From a virus (taxonomy: Duplodnaviria > Caudoviricetes), in IMG/VR virus record IMGVR_UViG_3300046804_002424, positions 2,068 through 66,067 of that record: a stretch of 64,000 bases of DNA; one strand, written 5' to 3'. Each line of letters opens with the position of its first letter. Positions within the stretch are counted from its first letter, which is position 1. This document shows, piece by piece, positions 43,654 to 54,449 of the stretch. Below the pieces are notes generated by a model. The model made no database searches, was not told the origin of the DNA, and worked only from the letters and a program-made list of their open reading frames with translations. The position numbers and the translations under genes were made by a program.

Positions 43654-45843
43654 TTATGGACTACCACCATTAATCCAGCCCCAATAGGACACCACTCCAT
43701 CTGTTTGTAAAATCATTCCGCTAGTGGCAGTTCCAGCATATACTCCTGTTACAGAAATATTATATAGACCGCTCATTCTTCCAGATGCTACAATTCCTGT
43801 GCTTAAATTTGATGCATTTAAACCAGTTAATGAAGCTCCATCTCCAGAAAAACTGGTTGCTGTTAATCTTCCTGTTGAAGGATTAAAAGTTAATGACGAG
43901 GCCACTCTCTGAACATTATATCCTGTAGTATTATCTACAAATGTTAAATATCTACTAGCATTAGTAGAATCAGAAACAATAGTAGTTTGTGTGGCATTTG
44001 TTGCTACTCCACTTAATGTTGCTGTAATTGTTCCGGCGCTGAAGTTTCCGGATGAATCACGAGCAACTACTTTACTACCAGTATTAGCATCTGTTGCATC
44101 TACGCCTAGAGTTAATGTTGCTCCTTCACTACCTCCATTTCCACCAGTAAGATAATTTCCATTGGTGATACTCTCTACATAATTACCTGTGGTATCGCTG
44201 CCCAAAGCCACACTATTTAAAGCTATGGTGGTTGCTATAGTAGCTGTTCCATTGCCAAGATCTGTTAATGTTGCTGATGCTGAACCTGATACGTCTCCTG
44301 TAAGGGTTACAGTAACAACAGGATCTGGAATACTTCCAGTAATATTACTCCAATTTAAATATGCATCAATTTCGCCCTTTGTTCCACTAAATACTTCATT
44401 AGTATTAGTAGCTTGCCTTAAAAAGATAAACTTATCACTACTATCTTGATAACCAAAAAATCCAATTCTTGATGATCCATCATTATATTTAAACTCAATA
44501 CCTCTGTCTTTGCTATCATTAAGAGCAGTGCCTGAGCCCCCTAATGTAAAAATAGGATCATCAATAACAACCACTGTACTCTGTACCAAAACTCCAGTAC
44601 CATTAATTAAAACATTTCCACCTACTCTAAGATTTCCAGTAACATTAACGTCTGGTGACTCAACAACAATAGATGATCCACTAGCTAAAATTTTACTAGT
44701 AGTAATATTTGTAGTTGATAGTGTGTTAGATGTTAAACTATTTAAACCAGTAATAGTATTATTTAAATTAACTTGGATATTTCCGCCAACACCATCAACA
44801 TTATTTAATAAAATATTATTATTAGATGATGTAATTGCTCTATTATAGAAAGTTCCAGTATTATCTCTTACAAGAATACCGGTCCCAGTAAAATTATGCA
44901 GATTTAATGACTGTCCAGAAAGAGCTACTGTTAATGAATTAGTTCCAGAAATAAATTGAATACCAGTACCAGCTAATAAAGAAGTATCAACACAATCTGC
45001 TACTCCGGAGCAAAAATCTGTAACGTCTGTCCAAACGTGTTTATGTCCACTTAAACTTACTCCTGTAGCATTTATTCCTCCATTGCCTGTTGGTCCAACT
45101 TTCGGAATATTATCAAAATAAACATCACCTTGAAATCTTGTTGGATTACCAGAATATATTATTGATCCTTGAGCTAAAATTGCTGCTGCCAACTCTATAC
45201 TTATTCCATTTCCAACATATAGTGTTCCATCAACATCTAAGTCATCAACAGAAACTACTCCAGCACCAGCATTTAATGACATGCCACTAGCTGTAGAAAT
45301 TGTGAAGCCGTTAACTCCGCTAATACTATTTAATCCGGTAATATTACTATTAATACCAATAGTTGGATTACCAGATACTCCATTAGCATTTGTTAAAATT
45401 ATATTAGATCCACTGCTTAACACTCTTTCATAGATATTAGACAATCCATCTGTTACAATAAATCCTTGTCCGCTTAAAGCTGCTATATCCCTCAGTTTTT
45501 CATTAAGAGAAATTGAATAATACGAACCAGAAGGATCTGATGTTCCTAAATTAATAACGTTTGCAGATAATCCATTTCCTGATGCTGTTATAACATTATG
45601 AAATATATATGAATTTGTTCCGGATGGATCTAATATTATACCACTTCCAGGTATTAATTCTGATCCACCTGCTGACCCTAAATTAGTCCAATGCGTACTG
45701 CCGTCACCGATTTTAAATATCTTTTTATCTGTATCATACCCTAATTCACCTTCATATAATATACCATAACCCAAACTATTGGCAGCAGCAGCCCATTGGG
45801 ATGTTGTACCTCTTCTTATCTGAATTCTTGTTTGAACTGGCAT
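43654..45843 (-). CDS. Tail/head fibre protein
   Basis: IQIRRGT..QW...GELGYDTD...KIGDG anchor; DRGIEF and VARDSSGNFSAGTITA fibre motifs. Confidence 0.75.
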   Translation of the reverse strand: MPVQTRIQIRRGTTSQWAAAANSLGYGILYEGELGYDTDKKIFKIGDGSTHWTNLGSAGGSELIPGSGIILDPSGTNSYIFHNVITASGNGLSANVINLGTSDPSGSYYSISLNEKLRDIAALSGQGFIVTDGLSNIYERVLSSGSNIILTNANGVSGNPTIGINSNITGLNSISGVNGFTISTASGMSLNAGAGVVSVDDLDVDGTLYVGNGISIELAAAILAQGSIIYSGNPTRFQGDVYFDNIPKVGPTGNGGINATGVSLSGHKHVWTDVTDFCSGVADCVDTSLLAGTGIQFISGTNSLTVALSGQSLNLHNFTGTGILVRDNTGTFYNRAITSSNNNILLNNVDGVGGNIQVNLNNTITGLNSLTSNTLSTTNITTSKILASGSSIVVESPDVNVTGNLRVGGNVLINGTGVLVQSTVVVIDDPIFTLGGSGTALNDSKDRGIEFKYNDGSSRIGFFGYQDSSDKFIFLRQATNTNEVFSGTKGEIDAYLNWSNITGSIPDPVVTVTLTGDVSGSASATLTDLGNGTATIATTIALNSVALGSDTTGNYVESITNGNYLTGGNGGSEGATLTLGVDATDANTGSKVVARDSSGNFSAGTITATLSGVATNATQTTIVSDSTNASRYLTFVDNTTGYNVQRVASSLTFNPSTGRLTATSFSGDGASLTGLNASNLSTGIVASGRMSGLYNISVTGVYAGTATSGMILQTDGVVSYWGWINGGSP

Positions 45844-45857
45844 TTTATATCTCCGGT

Positions 45858-46163
45858 TTAGGGTGTACCACAGTCAAATTCATAATCATAATCATTTAAA
45901 AAGGCGCTTAAGCCGCTAGATCCAATTCCATAAGGATCTCCAAAATCTATTCTTTGTATAGATAAATTTCCAACAATTTTAGTTATAGGAATATTATCAG
46001 GTAGATCACTAGCTAAAACAACAGCACTATTAGTAATTTCAACATTAAAAACATCATATCTTTCTATTTCAATATTATCTGTTACAGTATCTAAAAAGCT
46101 TGTTTCTATCTCAATAGTATGTACAACAGGCTCTTGAATTTCAATTATGAATTCAGAACTCAT
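45858..46163 (-). CDS. Small acidic hypothetical virion protein
   Basis: Coupled (ATGA overlap) to the adaptor gene; ends DCGTP. Confidence 0.55.
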   Translation of the reverse strand: MSSEFIIEIQEPVVHTIEIETSFLDTVTDNIEIERYDVFNVEITNSAVVLASDLPDNIPITKIVGNLSIQRIDFGDPYGIGSSGLSAFLNDYDYEFDCGTP

Positions 46164-46576
46164 GGTGAGCACTCCAATAATTCTGCTGACTGACTAAATC
46201 TCTTAACTATTGTTATTGTTCCATATATTAATCTAATAATATATTTACCGCCCTCGGTTAATTGTGATCCATAAAAATAGTCTGGAGATTGTAATTCCAA
46301 ATCGTATTTAGCTGTGTTAAAAGTAAAGTTATTTGTTTTTGATGCTGGAATCATCAAAGTTAATTTACCAGAAACACCGTCAATAATGAATTTATATACA
46401 CCGTAGTCATCGTTCTCTGTTGTGAACGTTTGTGTGACATTAGTATTAGTTTTCCATACTAATCTAGCACACCAGTTTGTTAAATCAATTGGATCTCCAT
46501 TAGGATCCTTATAGATTAAAGCTAATTTGAATGATGAACCTTGTTCGATAGCAAAGTCATACTTGCTTGCAGCCAT
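46160..46576 (-). CDS. BppU-like adaptor protein
   Basis: YDF.IEQGSSF......PIDLT.W.AR...YDLEL...RLIYG. Confidence 0.65.
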   Translation of the reverse strand: MAASKYDFAIEQGSSFKLALIYKDPNGDPIDLTNWCARLVWKTNTNVTQTFTTENDDYGVYKFIIDGVSGKLTLMIPASKTNNFTFNTAKYDLELQSPDYFYGSQLTEGGKYIIRLIYGTITIVKRFSQSAELLECSP

Positions 46577-46663
46577 AATATGGGCCCTATTTTTGTAAAT
46601 GGCCTAGTTAATAATCGATTATGATGATTCTTATATAAGAATACACCAATGAATAATCTATAT

Positions 46664-46707
46664 AAAAAAAGAAGGACCGGAGATTTCTCTCCGATCCTAC
46701 TCTTTTT
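46664..46707. terminator. Intrinsic terminator after the major capsid gene (possibly bidirectional)
   Basis: AGGAcCGGAGA/TCTCCGaTCCT stem flanked by an A7 run and a T-rich run. Confidence 0.75.
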
Positions 46708-46725
46708 AATTAATTACCAGTAATA

Positions 46726-47754
46726 TTAGAGAGCGCCTAATAGAACTCTACGATTATCTAGAACAGCAAAGCCTTGCTCTGCCCAACCGTAGAAACCAGC
46801 TCTCTTTTGACGATGTAGAGTATCGTCTTCAAAGATCTGAACTTCTTGGCGAACTGGCATTATGAAACTGTCTCTCTTGCGTAGGTCAAGACCAACAACA
46901 AGTTCAACCTTATCATCAGTACCACTATAATCTTGTGGTAATGTACCGTTTAATACATTACTATAGAATAGTTGATACTCTTGACCTTCTCCAAGCTCAT
47001 CACGATCATGGAGATTGATACCAAAGATACGGTTAAGAGTGCCGTCAGCAGCGGTATAGATCTCACGACGAGTAACTTCGTCAACTTGATCAACACCCCA
47101 GTTACGGATATCTTCCATAGCTTCTGGAGAAACATAAAGATCTGTTAGCATACCACGATTGTTACTAGCAGAGTTACCACCACCGTTTCTTCTCATAACA
47201 GTCTTCATAAGACTTACGAGTCTCTTGGTGAATTGGCCTGGAGCAGCATCGCTATCGTATACTACGATATTGCGATCAACACCAGCGGCTAGAAGTGTGT
47301 GCCAACCATCATCATTCATCTTCTTAACGAAAGAAGCCTCAAGAACTTCCATTGCACGACCGACAACATCCCAACGAGCATCACGAGCATACTTTAAGAG
47401 ATAGTCGATTGAAGAACCGATGTCATAGGTTGGAACCATGACATAATCGCCTTCAACGTGACGCTCTGGAATATATCCGTGGTTAGGAATGGTATAAGCA
47501 ACGAAATTTCTCTCGGTGCCTGGAGCAAGAAAGTCTAATGGGAATTCAGGAGTGGCACTTTGAGCAAGTTGAATTGGCTCGAAGATACCATCAAGAATAT
47601 CGCCATTAAGGATACCTTGACGAAGTGGCAACTCTAGTGCTTTTGCAAATTCAGCATTGGCGGCAAGAGCCTCTTCTTTCTTTAGTGAGCCAGAACGAAC
47701 AAGAAGATCTGTTAATTCTGGAGTTGGTTGAAATACTTTAGTGTTACCTGACAT
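46726..47754 (-). CDS. Major capsid protein (HK97-fold)
   Basis: 342 aa; follows the scaffold and decoration genes; GFYGWAEQGFAVLD C-terminus; followed by a terminator. Confidence 0.85.
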   Translation of the reverse strand: MSGNTKVFQPTPELTDLLVRSGSLKKEEALAANAEFAKALELPLRQGILNGDILDGIFEPIQLAQSATPEFPLDFLAPGTERNFVAYTIPNHGYIPERHVEGDYVMVPTYDIGSSIDYLLKYARDARWDVVGRAMEVLEASFVKKMNDDGWHTLLAAGVDRNIVVYDSDAAPGQFTKRLVSLMKTVMRRNGGGNSASNNRGMLTDLYVSPEAMEDIRNWGVDQVDEVTRREIYTAADGTLNRIFGINLHDRDELGEGQEYQLFYSNVLNGTLPQDYSGTDDKVELVVGLDLRKRDSFIMPVRQEVQIFEDDTLHRQKRAGFYGWAEQGFAVLDNRRVLLGAL

Positions 47755-47772
47755 GTTTTTCTCCCTTATAGA

Positions 47773-48222
47773 TTAAAGATTTACAGAGACTTTTGCGTAG
47801 CCATCGGAGTCTTTGGCACTCAAAAACTGACCGATCTTGACAGCACCAGTTGCTTGTACTGTACTGATATAGCCGCTTGCGGCAACATAAGCATCAGAAC
47901 CAGCGGCTGGAGTACCAGCTACTAAATTGGTTGTTACTTGACCGTTACGAAGAAGGGCGACTTTACCGCCGACCTGTACTTCGTCACGATGCCAGTTGAT
48001 GTGCTGTCTTGTGAGATCAAGACTAACAACGTCATTTAATAAAATACCGATTGGTTTGACACCTGATGGATTAGTAGCATAACTGACAACAGCATTTGCG
48101 TCATCCATACTAACGCCAGAACCACCTGTCACTACTGAAACAACACCGCCACGCTCGGCAGCTGAAGTAGCGAAGAATGAGATGTCTGAAAGGAATTCGA
48201 TACGATCTGGTTTAAGAGCCAT
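47773..48222 (-). CDS. Capsid decoration/cement protein
   Basis: 149 aa between scaffold and MCP; IGQFLS.KD.DGYAKV pattern. Confidence 0.7.
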   Translation of the reverse strand: MALKPDRIEFLSDISFFATSAAERGGVVSVVTGGSGVSMDDANAVVSYATNPSGVKPIGILLNDVVSLDLTRQHINWHRDEVQVGGKVALLRNGQVTTNLVAGTPAAGSDAYVAASGYISTVQATGAVKIGQFLSAKDSDGYAKVSVNL

Positions 48223-48224
48223 TT

Positions 48225-49703
48225 TTATTCTCCCTTATTGAGTTTTTTACCTAGTCTAGCACAAACGAATTCTACTAATGCTGCACGAGTTGATTCTACT
48301 TGAGAATCTTCTTCGCTGCCTACTCCAAGATTAAGGTCTGTATCAGCCTCAACATTTTCTAGTGCTTCTTCTGTATCAACTTCTGAAGCCTTTGGTTTAG
48401 CTTCTTCTTCTTTCTTTTTCTTCTCTAGCCAAGGAGGCATCTTTGCAGCAAATAGACTTGTCATAGCACTAAAAGCATCGTCATCTAATGACTCAAATTT
48501 GTCGGCTGTTGCTGAGGCTGCTTCATTATCTAGACCAGCTTCTATTAGAGATGCCATTCTCTTCATCTTCTTTTCTTTCTTGGCCATCTCTTCTTCTTTT
48601 TTCATGTAACTGGCAATGATTTCATTGGCAGCATCAAGTTCTGACTTGACTTTATTCATTTCTTCTTCTTTTTTCTTCATGTCTTCTTCCATCTTTTTGG
48701 CAGCAAGTTCTTTCTCTTCTGTAGCTGCGTCGATGGTTGCTTTAGCTTCTACTAAAGCGGCTTCTTGAGCCTTAATTGTATTTTCTAGTTCGACAGTTTT
48801 ATCTTTAAGAGCTGAAGCATCAGCAAATGAGTTCATTTTTTCTGCGAGTTCAGCGATTTGTTGCTCTAAATTCATAGTGTTATTCTCCACATTTGAGTTA
48901 AACTGATTATTAGATACACCTGCTATTGTTAAATCGTCTTTTTTTTCTGTAGAATTTTTATCGGATTCGTTCATAATCATATTTCGACTAAATATAATAC
49001 TATCTGGATTAGCTGGTTTATTAACAAAACCTTTACCAGAAAATGTTATATTTCTTAATACTCTACCTATTTTATAGTTTTCATGTTCTCCTTGACCGCC
49101 ATAGGCTCTCAAGAATTTTGTTAAATATGCTGTATCTTCATTTCTAGCTAAAACTTTGTAAGATCCAGTACTTTTATCTATAATTCCGTAATCAAAATTT
49201 TTAAAATAACATTCCATACTAACAAATTTTTCACCAGATTCTATTTCGCTAATTAGCTGTGCTGATCTGGATTTTAGTTCTGGACTTGAAAATGTTTTAT
49301 AAATAACAGATCCTGTTAATATATGAAATTTTTCTGGTATATTTTCAATGGGAGTATTTTCGCTTATAAGAATTCCGTCTTCTGTTATTGGCCAATTAGA
49401 AGTAATATGGCCGATGATTGTATTTTCATCGTGCTCTAAATTAGTTGGTTTATCTTCTGGAGTATTTCTTGCTGCCCAAACTTCTGATTTATCAAAAATA
49501 TCGTCATTTTTATTCCAACTGGAACTAACTAAAATTGATTGAACATAGTATAAATCATCGTCATTAATAGCTGCTATACTTTTTATATGTTTAATTGTTG
49601 AGTCAGAATTACATGGCTCAGCCATTGTTGAATAAGAGATAGAGGCTGATGCTTTAAGTTGTTCTTCTAAACCATCTTGAATTTCTTGAGCAAAAATTTT
49701 CAT
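48225..49703 (-). CDS. Prohead protease/scaffold fusion
   Basis: N-terminal NKNDD.F...EH...IGH...VSMEC...G.GFV.KPA domain and C-terminal acidic coiled coil. Confidence 0.7.
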   Translation of the reverse strand: MKIFAQEIQDGLEEQLKASASISYSTMAEPCNSDSTIKHIKSIAAINDDDLYYVQSILVSSSWNKNDDIFDKSEVWAARNTPEDKPTNLEHDENTIIGHITSNWPITEDGILISENTPIENIPEKFHILTGSVIYKTFSSPELKSRSAQLISEIESGEKFVSMECYFKNFDYGIIDKSTGSYKVLARNEDTAYLTKFLRAYGGQGEHENYKIGRVLRNITFSGKGFVNKPANPDSIIFSRNMIMNESDKNSTEKKDDLTIAGVSNNQFNSNVENNTMNLEQQIAELAEKMNSFADASALKDKTVELENTIKAQEAALVEAKATIDAATEEKELAAKKMEEDMKKKEEEMNKVKSELDAANEIIASYMKKEEEMAKKEKKMKRMASLIEAGLDNEAASATADKFESLDDDAFSAMTSLFAAKMPPWLEKKKKEEEAKPKASEVDTEEALENVEADTDLNLGVGSEEDSQVESTRAALVEFVCARLGKKLNKGE

Positions 49704-49730
49704 AATAACCTCTATTTTATAAGAATATAC

Positions 49731-51917
49731 TTAATTCGAATACACCGAAGAATAAAAAGAAGCTTTGGCTTGTTTAAGTTCTTCCACAGATAATTCTTTA
49801 TGCAGTTGATGTTCTAGGTTATTTAGCCAATTATTATAAGATGACATTACTGTTGAAAATTCTGGATTATTAATATTAGAAAATGCTGACATAATCTTAT
49901 CTTCAGTTATCTGGGCGAATGGTTGGAAACTAAAAAGTACTTTTGTTCTTATATTTTCGGCCTCTTCAGTTTCTTGCTTAGATAAACTTCTAAAATTTTT
50001 CTTTTTATAAAAATCTAATAGAATGGGATTTAATGTGTCACTAATTTTATCTTGAGCTTGTGTGGCCCAAATTAAAAGACTTGCTCCTGTTTGTGGGGCA
50101 AAATTTTTCTGTTTTCGCTTCTGTGAGTCTTTTGAAAGTTTGGGTCTGCCTTCTCCTGCTTCTTTTGGCAAAGATTCTGGCGAATCTTTTGCCAACTTTG
50201 TTGGAATCTGAGGAGCTTTCATTTCGAGGGCGGGTTTCTCGCCAGGTTTTTTCTTATCTAATTCCAGTCCAACCTGACTAGGAGCAACAGATCCTGATTG
50301 TAGAGCAATCTTTTTAAGAGAGTTTTCTAACTGAGGATCATGCCATGGTCCTGCTTTCTTAACCATCCTTTCGCTATCTCTTTCTTTATTTTCTCTATTG
50401 AGACGGCTCTTTTCCATTTCTGGATCAAAACCAAATCTACTTTGTAATAATTCATCACTAATAAGATTTCTATCAGCTAATTGAACTAATAATGCTTTTT
50501 CTGCATCTTCATTACTAAGATCCATTCTATCAAATTCAATTTTAGCTGGATATCTGAATCCCATCGCTTTTTGTACGAGTATAATTTCATTTTCCCAAAA
50601 TTTCATTAATACATCACGACCATATTGAAGTCTTTGTGTTAATGTTTTAAGACTGATAAAGTTATTAGTTGTTCCTGATGCTCCGAATGTTCCTGTTAAT
50701 GTAGGAGGAATTCCTAAGCCAGCGTAAATAGAATTAAGATGCGGCACATACTTTGATTCTCCAAGAAAATTATGAACATTAGTATTACTTTCAACCAATT
50801 CAATATCTGGTCCCCAAACGATATCCATTGTTCCACCGCCAACATTATTTCCTAATATATCTGCTAGTTTTGCGGTAGCTGCCTTGGTGGGAGCGATCTT
50901 GTGTTCTAGACTACCTAGTTTAAAAATTCTAATATTGGAGATTGCACCATCCAAAGCAGCCATATCTGCTAATTTTAATTTTTCTATAATAGAAATATCG
51001 TCCATGATCGCATAGATCATAGGATAAGCCCAACTTTGCCAATCATCTTTTTTATAATGAAATACAAGAGTCTTATCTTGATCTAATGGATATGGTTTTT
51101 TGTTTTTAGCTGCTTCAATAATTTGATTTGGCAAATTACTAATTATAATTTTATCAGCTTCTGTTTTTGGTGAATTGATTAATTTTCTGAGTCCTGCTGG
51201 TAAAATAATCTGATATTGTTTCTTCTGTACAAATGCTGCTAAAGGACCAGAAGCTACCTCTACAACAAGAGGATCAATAAAAGTATATCTCCAAGGTATT
51301 TCTCTTTTCTCTATCCTTATATCATCCATGTCATTAATCTGTAGGTCTGGAGAGCCTAAAGTTTTGTATAAAGTTTCTGTTACTTTAAGACTAATTTTAG
51401 CTGTTTGTTTATTGATAATAACATTGCCGGTCTTGTACAAGTTATTTAAGAATCTTTCACTTCTATCTTTACCGTCAATTTTCTTGAACCATTTTCGATA
51501 GAATCTTTCAATTCTTTTATTTCTATGAGATAGTTTGATGCCTTGAACAGCAAAGTCTCCCATGAGGTCGATAATATTTTTGACTAAACCTACTCTTTGA
51601 TATATCTCTTCAGCTCTGGCTATGATCTCTTTTTGCTTAACTGGAACTGCTTCATCTGGTCTAAAGTAGTCATAGTCTGATCTTAATAATCCTGGGCGAC
51701 CTCCGCTATTTGTGGTCAATCCAGAGTAATCTCTAAATCTGGCTGTCATACCAGCGGAAGCTTTATTTTGTACCCCAGTAAATTCACTTAATGAATCTGA
51801 AGCTGATTTTAATGCTTCCCTTTTACTGTCTAAATCATCTCCCCAAGCGATATATGCTTGTTCTCCTGCTAAAGAGGCGTCTTTGATAGCTTCACTTTTG
51901 GGATATTTTTTAGCCAT
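49731..51917 (-). CDS. Portal protein
   Basis: 728 aa directly after TerL; LV.NIIDLM.DF and I...LGIPP motifs. Confidence 0.8.
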   Translation of the reverse strand: MAKKYPKSEAIKDASLAGEQAYIAWGDDLDSKREALKSASDSLSEFTGVQNKASAGMTARFRDYSGLTTNSGGRPGLLRSDYDYFRPDEAVPVKQKEIIARAEEIYQRVGLVKNIIDLMGDFAVQGIKLSHRNKRIERFYRKWFKKIDGKDRSERFLNNLYKTGNVIINKQTAKISLKVTETLYKTLGSPDLQINDMDDIRIEKREIPWRYTFIDPLVVEVASGPLAAFVQKKQYQIILPAGLRKLINSPKTEADKIIISNLPNQIIEAAKNKKPYPLDQDKTLVFHYKKDDWQSWAYPMIYAIMDDISIIEKLKLADMAALDGAISNIRIFKLGSLEHKIAPTKAATAKLADILGNNVGGGTMDIVWGPDIELVESNTNVHNFLGESKYVPHLNSIYAGLGIPPTLTGTFGASGTTNNFISLKTLTQRLQYGRDVLMKFWENEIILVQKAMGFRYPAKIEFDRMDLSNEDAEKALLVQLADRNLISDELLQSRFGFDPEMEKSRLNRENKERDSERMVKKAGPWHDPQLENSLKKIALQSGSVAPSQVGLELDKKKPGEKPALEMKAPQIPTKLAKDSPESLPKEAGEGRPKLSKDSQKRKQKNFAPQTGASLLIWATQAQDKISDTLNPILLDFYKKKNFRSLSKQETEEAENIRTKVLFSFQPFAQITEDKIMSAFSNINNPEFSTVMSSYNNWLNNLEHQLHKELSVEELKQAKASFYSSVYSN

Positions 51918-51967
51918 AATTTTAATACTATTGTAATACTAATGTAATATAATTACTATTATACACC

Positions 51968-53986
51968 TTATTTTTTGATACTACAGTATATAGCATCATT
52001 AGCTGCTGAGGTGAACCATTCTGGCCCTTTATACATTTGGCCGTCCTGCTTAACCATATCTAATCTATTGCCGCCAACTATATCATAAGATATTGGCTGT
52101 AATGTTCTAGTTATTTGTCGTGCTAGCATATTTGCTATTAATAATGAACTATATCGGTCTTTTCTTAATCGACCCTTTTTTCCATTTTGTAATTTTACTT
52201 CTGGAGTATCCCAGCGATCTCTAGCGTTTGGCCCGGTGCTGGTTTGTGTCATAACTATAGTTGTTAATTCATTCTTAAGTTCTTCTATTTCTAAAATACA
52301 TTCACTTAGACTGTCATATAAATTTTCTAGATTAGCTCCCATAATATCCTTGCCTTCTGCGTCAAGAGCTAATCCTAAAGTTAGATTATCAAATCGTGGA
52401 AATAATAATACTTTATCTTCTAAATCTTTTCTTAAACCATGATTTGCTTGACTTGTCCAATCTGCTTTTGCGAACTGCACTAATTCTATAATATGCAATC
52501 CTTGTTGATCATCTGTATCTTTTGGCTTATCATAATCTATTACTGGCCATAATAAATTTTCTCCTTCTTCTAGTTTGCTTGGGTCGTGTAAAGCTTCTTC
52601 AATAGCAACACCACCACCCTGAGCATCCATGCCTATTCTCTCGCATGGAAATATTTTCATTAGATTACGAATTTTTCTAGCACAAAATCCATAAAAATCA
52701 TGTTCTGCTACGAGTCCAGTTTTCTGTCTTTCTTTAAAATTATTTCTATTAGTAGTCCAGCAATAAACAACTCTATTATGATCAGGATGAGCTTCTAATA
52801 TAGTAATGCTAAAATTATCTTGTTCTGACGCTGGGTCAATACCATATATATATTTATGATTAAGATTACCTTTAACCATAGGATCAAAAATAATTGATTT
52901 TTCTCCGATATATATAGGTTTAGCTTCGCTGACCACACAACTTTCTATCAAGCTTCTCTTAAAGAAACCATCACTATCTTTGGTAAAACATGCGGCATAT
53001 TCCATATTATATATACCAGTATGGATAGTAGCTTTGGCTCGTGAAACTTGTTTATCATCCATGAAGCCCTTGGGAATAAGCTCATAAGGAATACGAATAA
53101 TACTATAATCTTTCCAGTTAAAATTAGATGGAACTTCTCCTTTAAAAAGCTCTTCTAGTTTTCTTGTGTCTCCTTTGCTTTCAATAATAGAATGATATCT
53201 ATTCCAATACTGAGCAAAATGTTTAAAACTATAATCTGCCGTACCAGCTATGATAGCTTGATTTCCCATTTTCTTATCTAAAGATTCTAGATCTTCATTC
53301 CATACTCCACTATCTATCATTGCCTGTTTTTTAGCTTGTTCTTTTACGTTCTGAATAGGATTAGCACTAACGGCAGCGAAGCCTGAGACTACTGTTTCGT
53401 ATATATCTGGACTAATAGAAGCAAATTCGTCCGCAATAATAATATGTGCTCTAAGACCTCTGATTTTACTACCATCACCCATAGGAATAGCCATGGCCCA
53501 ACTATCACCTAATCGTAATGTACATCTATCAACATCTCGTCGTGGTCCATCGTCGTTTCCACTAAAAATACTTCTAAGGATCGGACTATTTCTCCATATG
53601 GTTTCCATATATTCAAAAATAACTTTACTCTGTCGGAAAGCTGCGCCAACAATAACAATTTTTGTTCCTGGTACAAATATACATTTCAAAACAGCATATA
53701 AAGATAACATAAAACTTTTACCGAAACCACGACTAGCTATATACATAGGAAATGGTCTATACCAGAATTCTTGTAATATAGCAATTTGTATGGGATGAAG
53801 TTCTATTCCAAATAAGAGTTTACAAGTAATACCAAAGTATGCTGGATTTTTTAAAAGCCTCATTAAATGTAGATCTGGATTTTCTATATCTTCCTTGGTC
53901 CGATGAATCATCAGATTGTGATTTATTTTTAATAAGGATAAGTCTCCTAGACCTAACCATGCATCATCAAATATTTTCTGTGTCAT
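51968..53986 (-). CDS. terL: Terminase large subunit
   Basis: Walker A ASRGFGKS, Walker B IIIADEF, RNase H-like YGIDPAS...D...KDRYS. Confidence 0.93.
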   Translation of the reverse strand: MTQKIFDDAWLGLGDLSLLKINHNLMIHRTKEDIENPDLHLMRLLKNPAYFGITCKLLFGIELHPIQIAILQEFWYRPFPMYIASRGFGKSFMLSLYAVLKCIFVPGTKIVIVGAAFRQSKVIFEYMETIWRNSPILRSIFSGNDDGPRRDVDRCTLRLGDSWAMAIPMGDGSKIRGLRAHIIIADEFASISPDIYETVVSGFAAVSANPIQNVKEQAKKQAMIDSGVWNEDLESLDKKMGNQAIIAGTADYSFKHFAQYWNRYHSIIESKGDTRKLEELFKGEVPSNFNWKDYSIIRIPYELIPKGFMDDKQVSRAKATIHTGIYNMEYAACFTKDSDGFFKRSLIESCVVSEAKPIYIGEKSIIFDPMVKGNLNHKYIYGIDPASEQDNFSITILEAHPDHNRVVYCWTTNRNNFKERQKTGLVAEHDFYGFCARKIRNLMKIFPCERIGMDAQGGGVAIEEALHDPSKLEEGENLLWPVIDYDKPKDTDDQQGLHIIELVQFAKADWTSQANHGLRKDLEDKVLLFPRFDNLTLGLALDAEGKDIMGANLENLYDSLSECILEIEELKNELTTIVMTQTSTGPNARDRWDTPEVKLQNGKKGRLRKDRYSSLLIANMLARQITRTLQPISYDIVGGNRLDMVKQDGQMYKGPEWFTSAANDAIYCSIKK

Positions 53987-54449
53987 TGGATTCTTCTATT
54001 TCGAATACTTTTTTCATTAATGATAAGGCCATTTTGCTAGCATTGACTGGATTATCACAAAATAATATTTTTATATTATTTTTAAGTTGCAGTTCTAATA
54101 AGTTTTTGATAATAAATCCTGGAGAGATTTTTAATTTATTCCACATGTGTTTTGGAACATTACTGCCAACTGGATATCTATAAATATCATTTAAGCTAAA
54201 CTCCAGCATTAAAAATGAATATTTATAATTATTCATTCTTTCTATAACGTCTTTAAAACGACTTTCTGTAATATTATTAGCAATCTCACTAACGCTCTTT
54301 TTGCGTTCTATACATAAAAGATGCTCATAACCCTGGACGCTATAATCTCCAGTATCTAATTTCTTATGTTCTGCCACAGTTCGCTCAAATTGCCATGGCT
54401 GCTGTTCTCTTGTATCTATAATTACTTTAAACTTATTATAGTCTACCAT
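53967..54449 (-). CDS. ERCC4/XPF-family nuclease
   Basis: IIDTREQ...LDTGDYS....IERK motifs. Confidence 0.85.
   Translation of the reverse strand: MVDYNKFKVIIDTREQQPWQFERTVAEHKKLDTGDYSVQGYEHLLCIERKKSVSEIANNITESRFKDVIERMNNYKYSFLMLEFSLNDIYRYPVGSNVPKHMWNKLKISPGFIIKNLLELQLKNNIKILFCDNPVNASKMALSLMKKVFEIEESNDTENI

Noticed and set aside
2570-45843. Diversity-generating retroelement targeting the fibres
   Set aside because: No reverse transcriptase and no adenine-variant TR/VR repeat pair was seen in this window.
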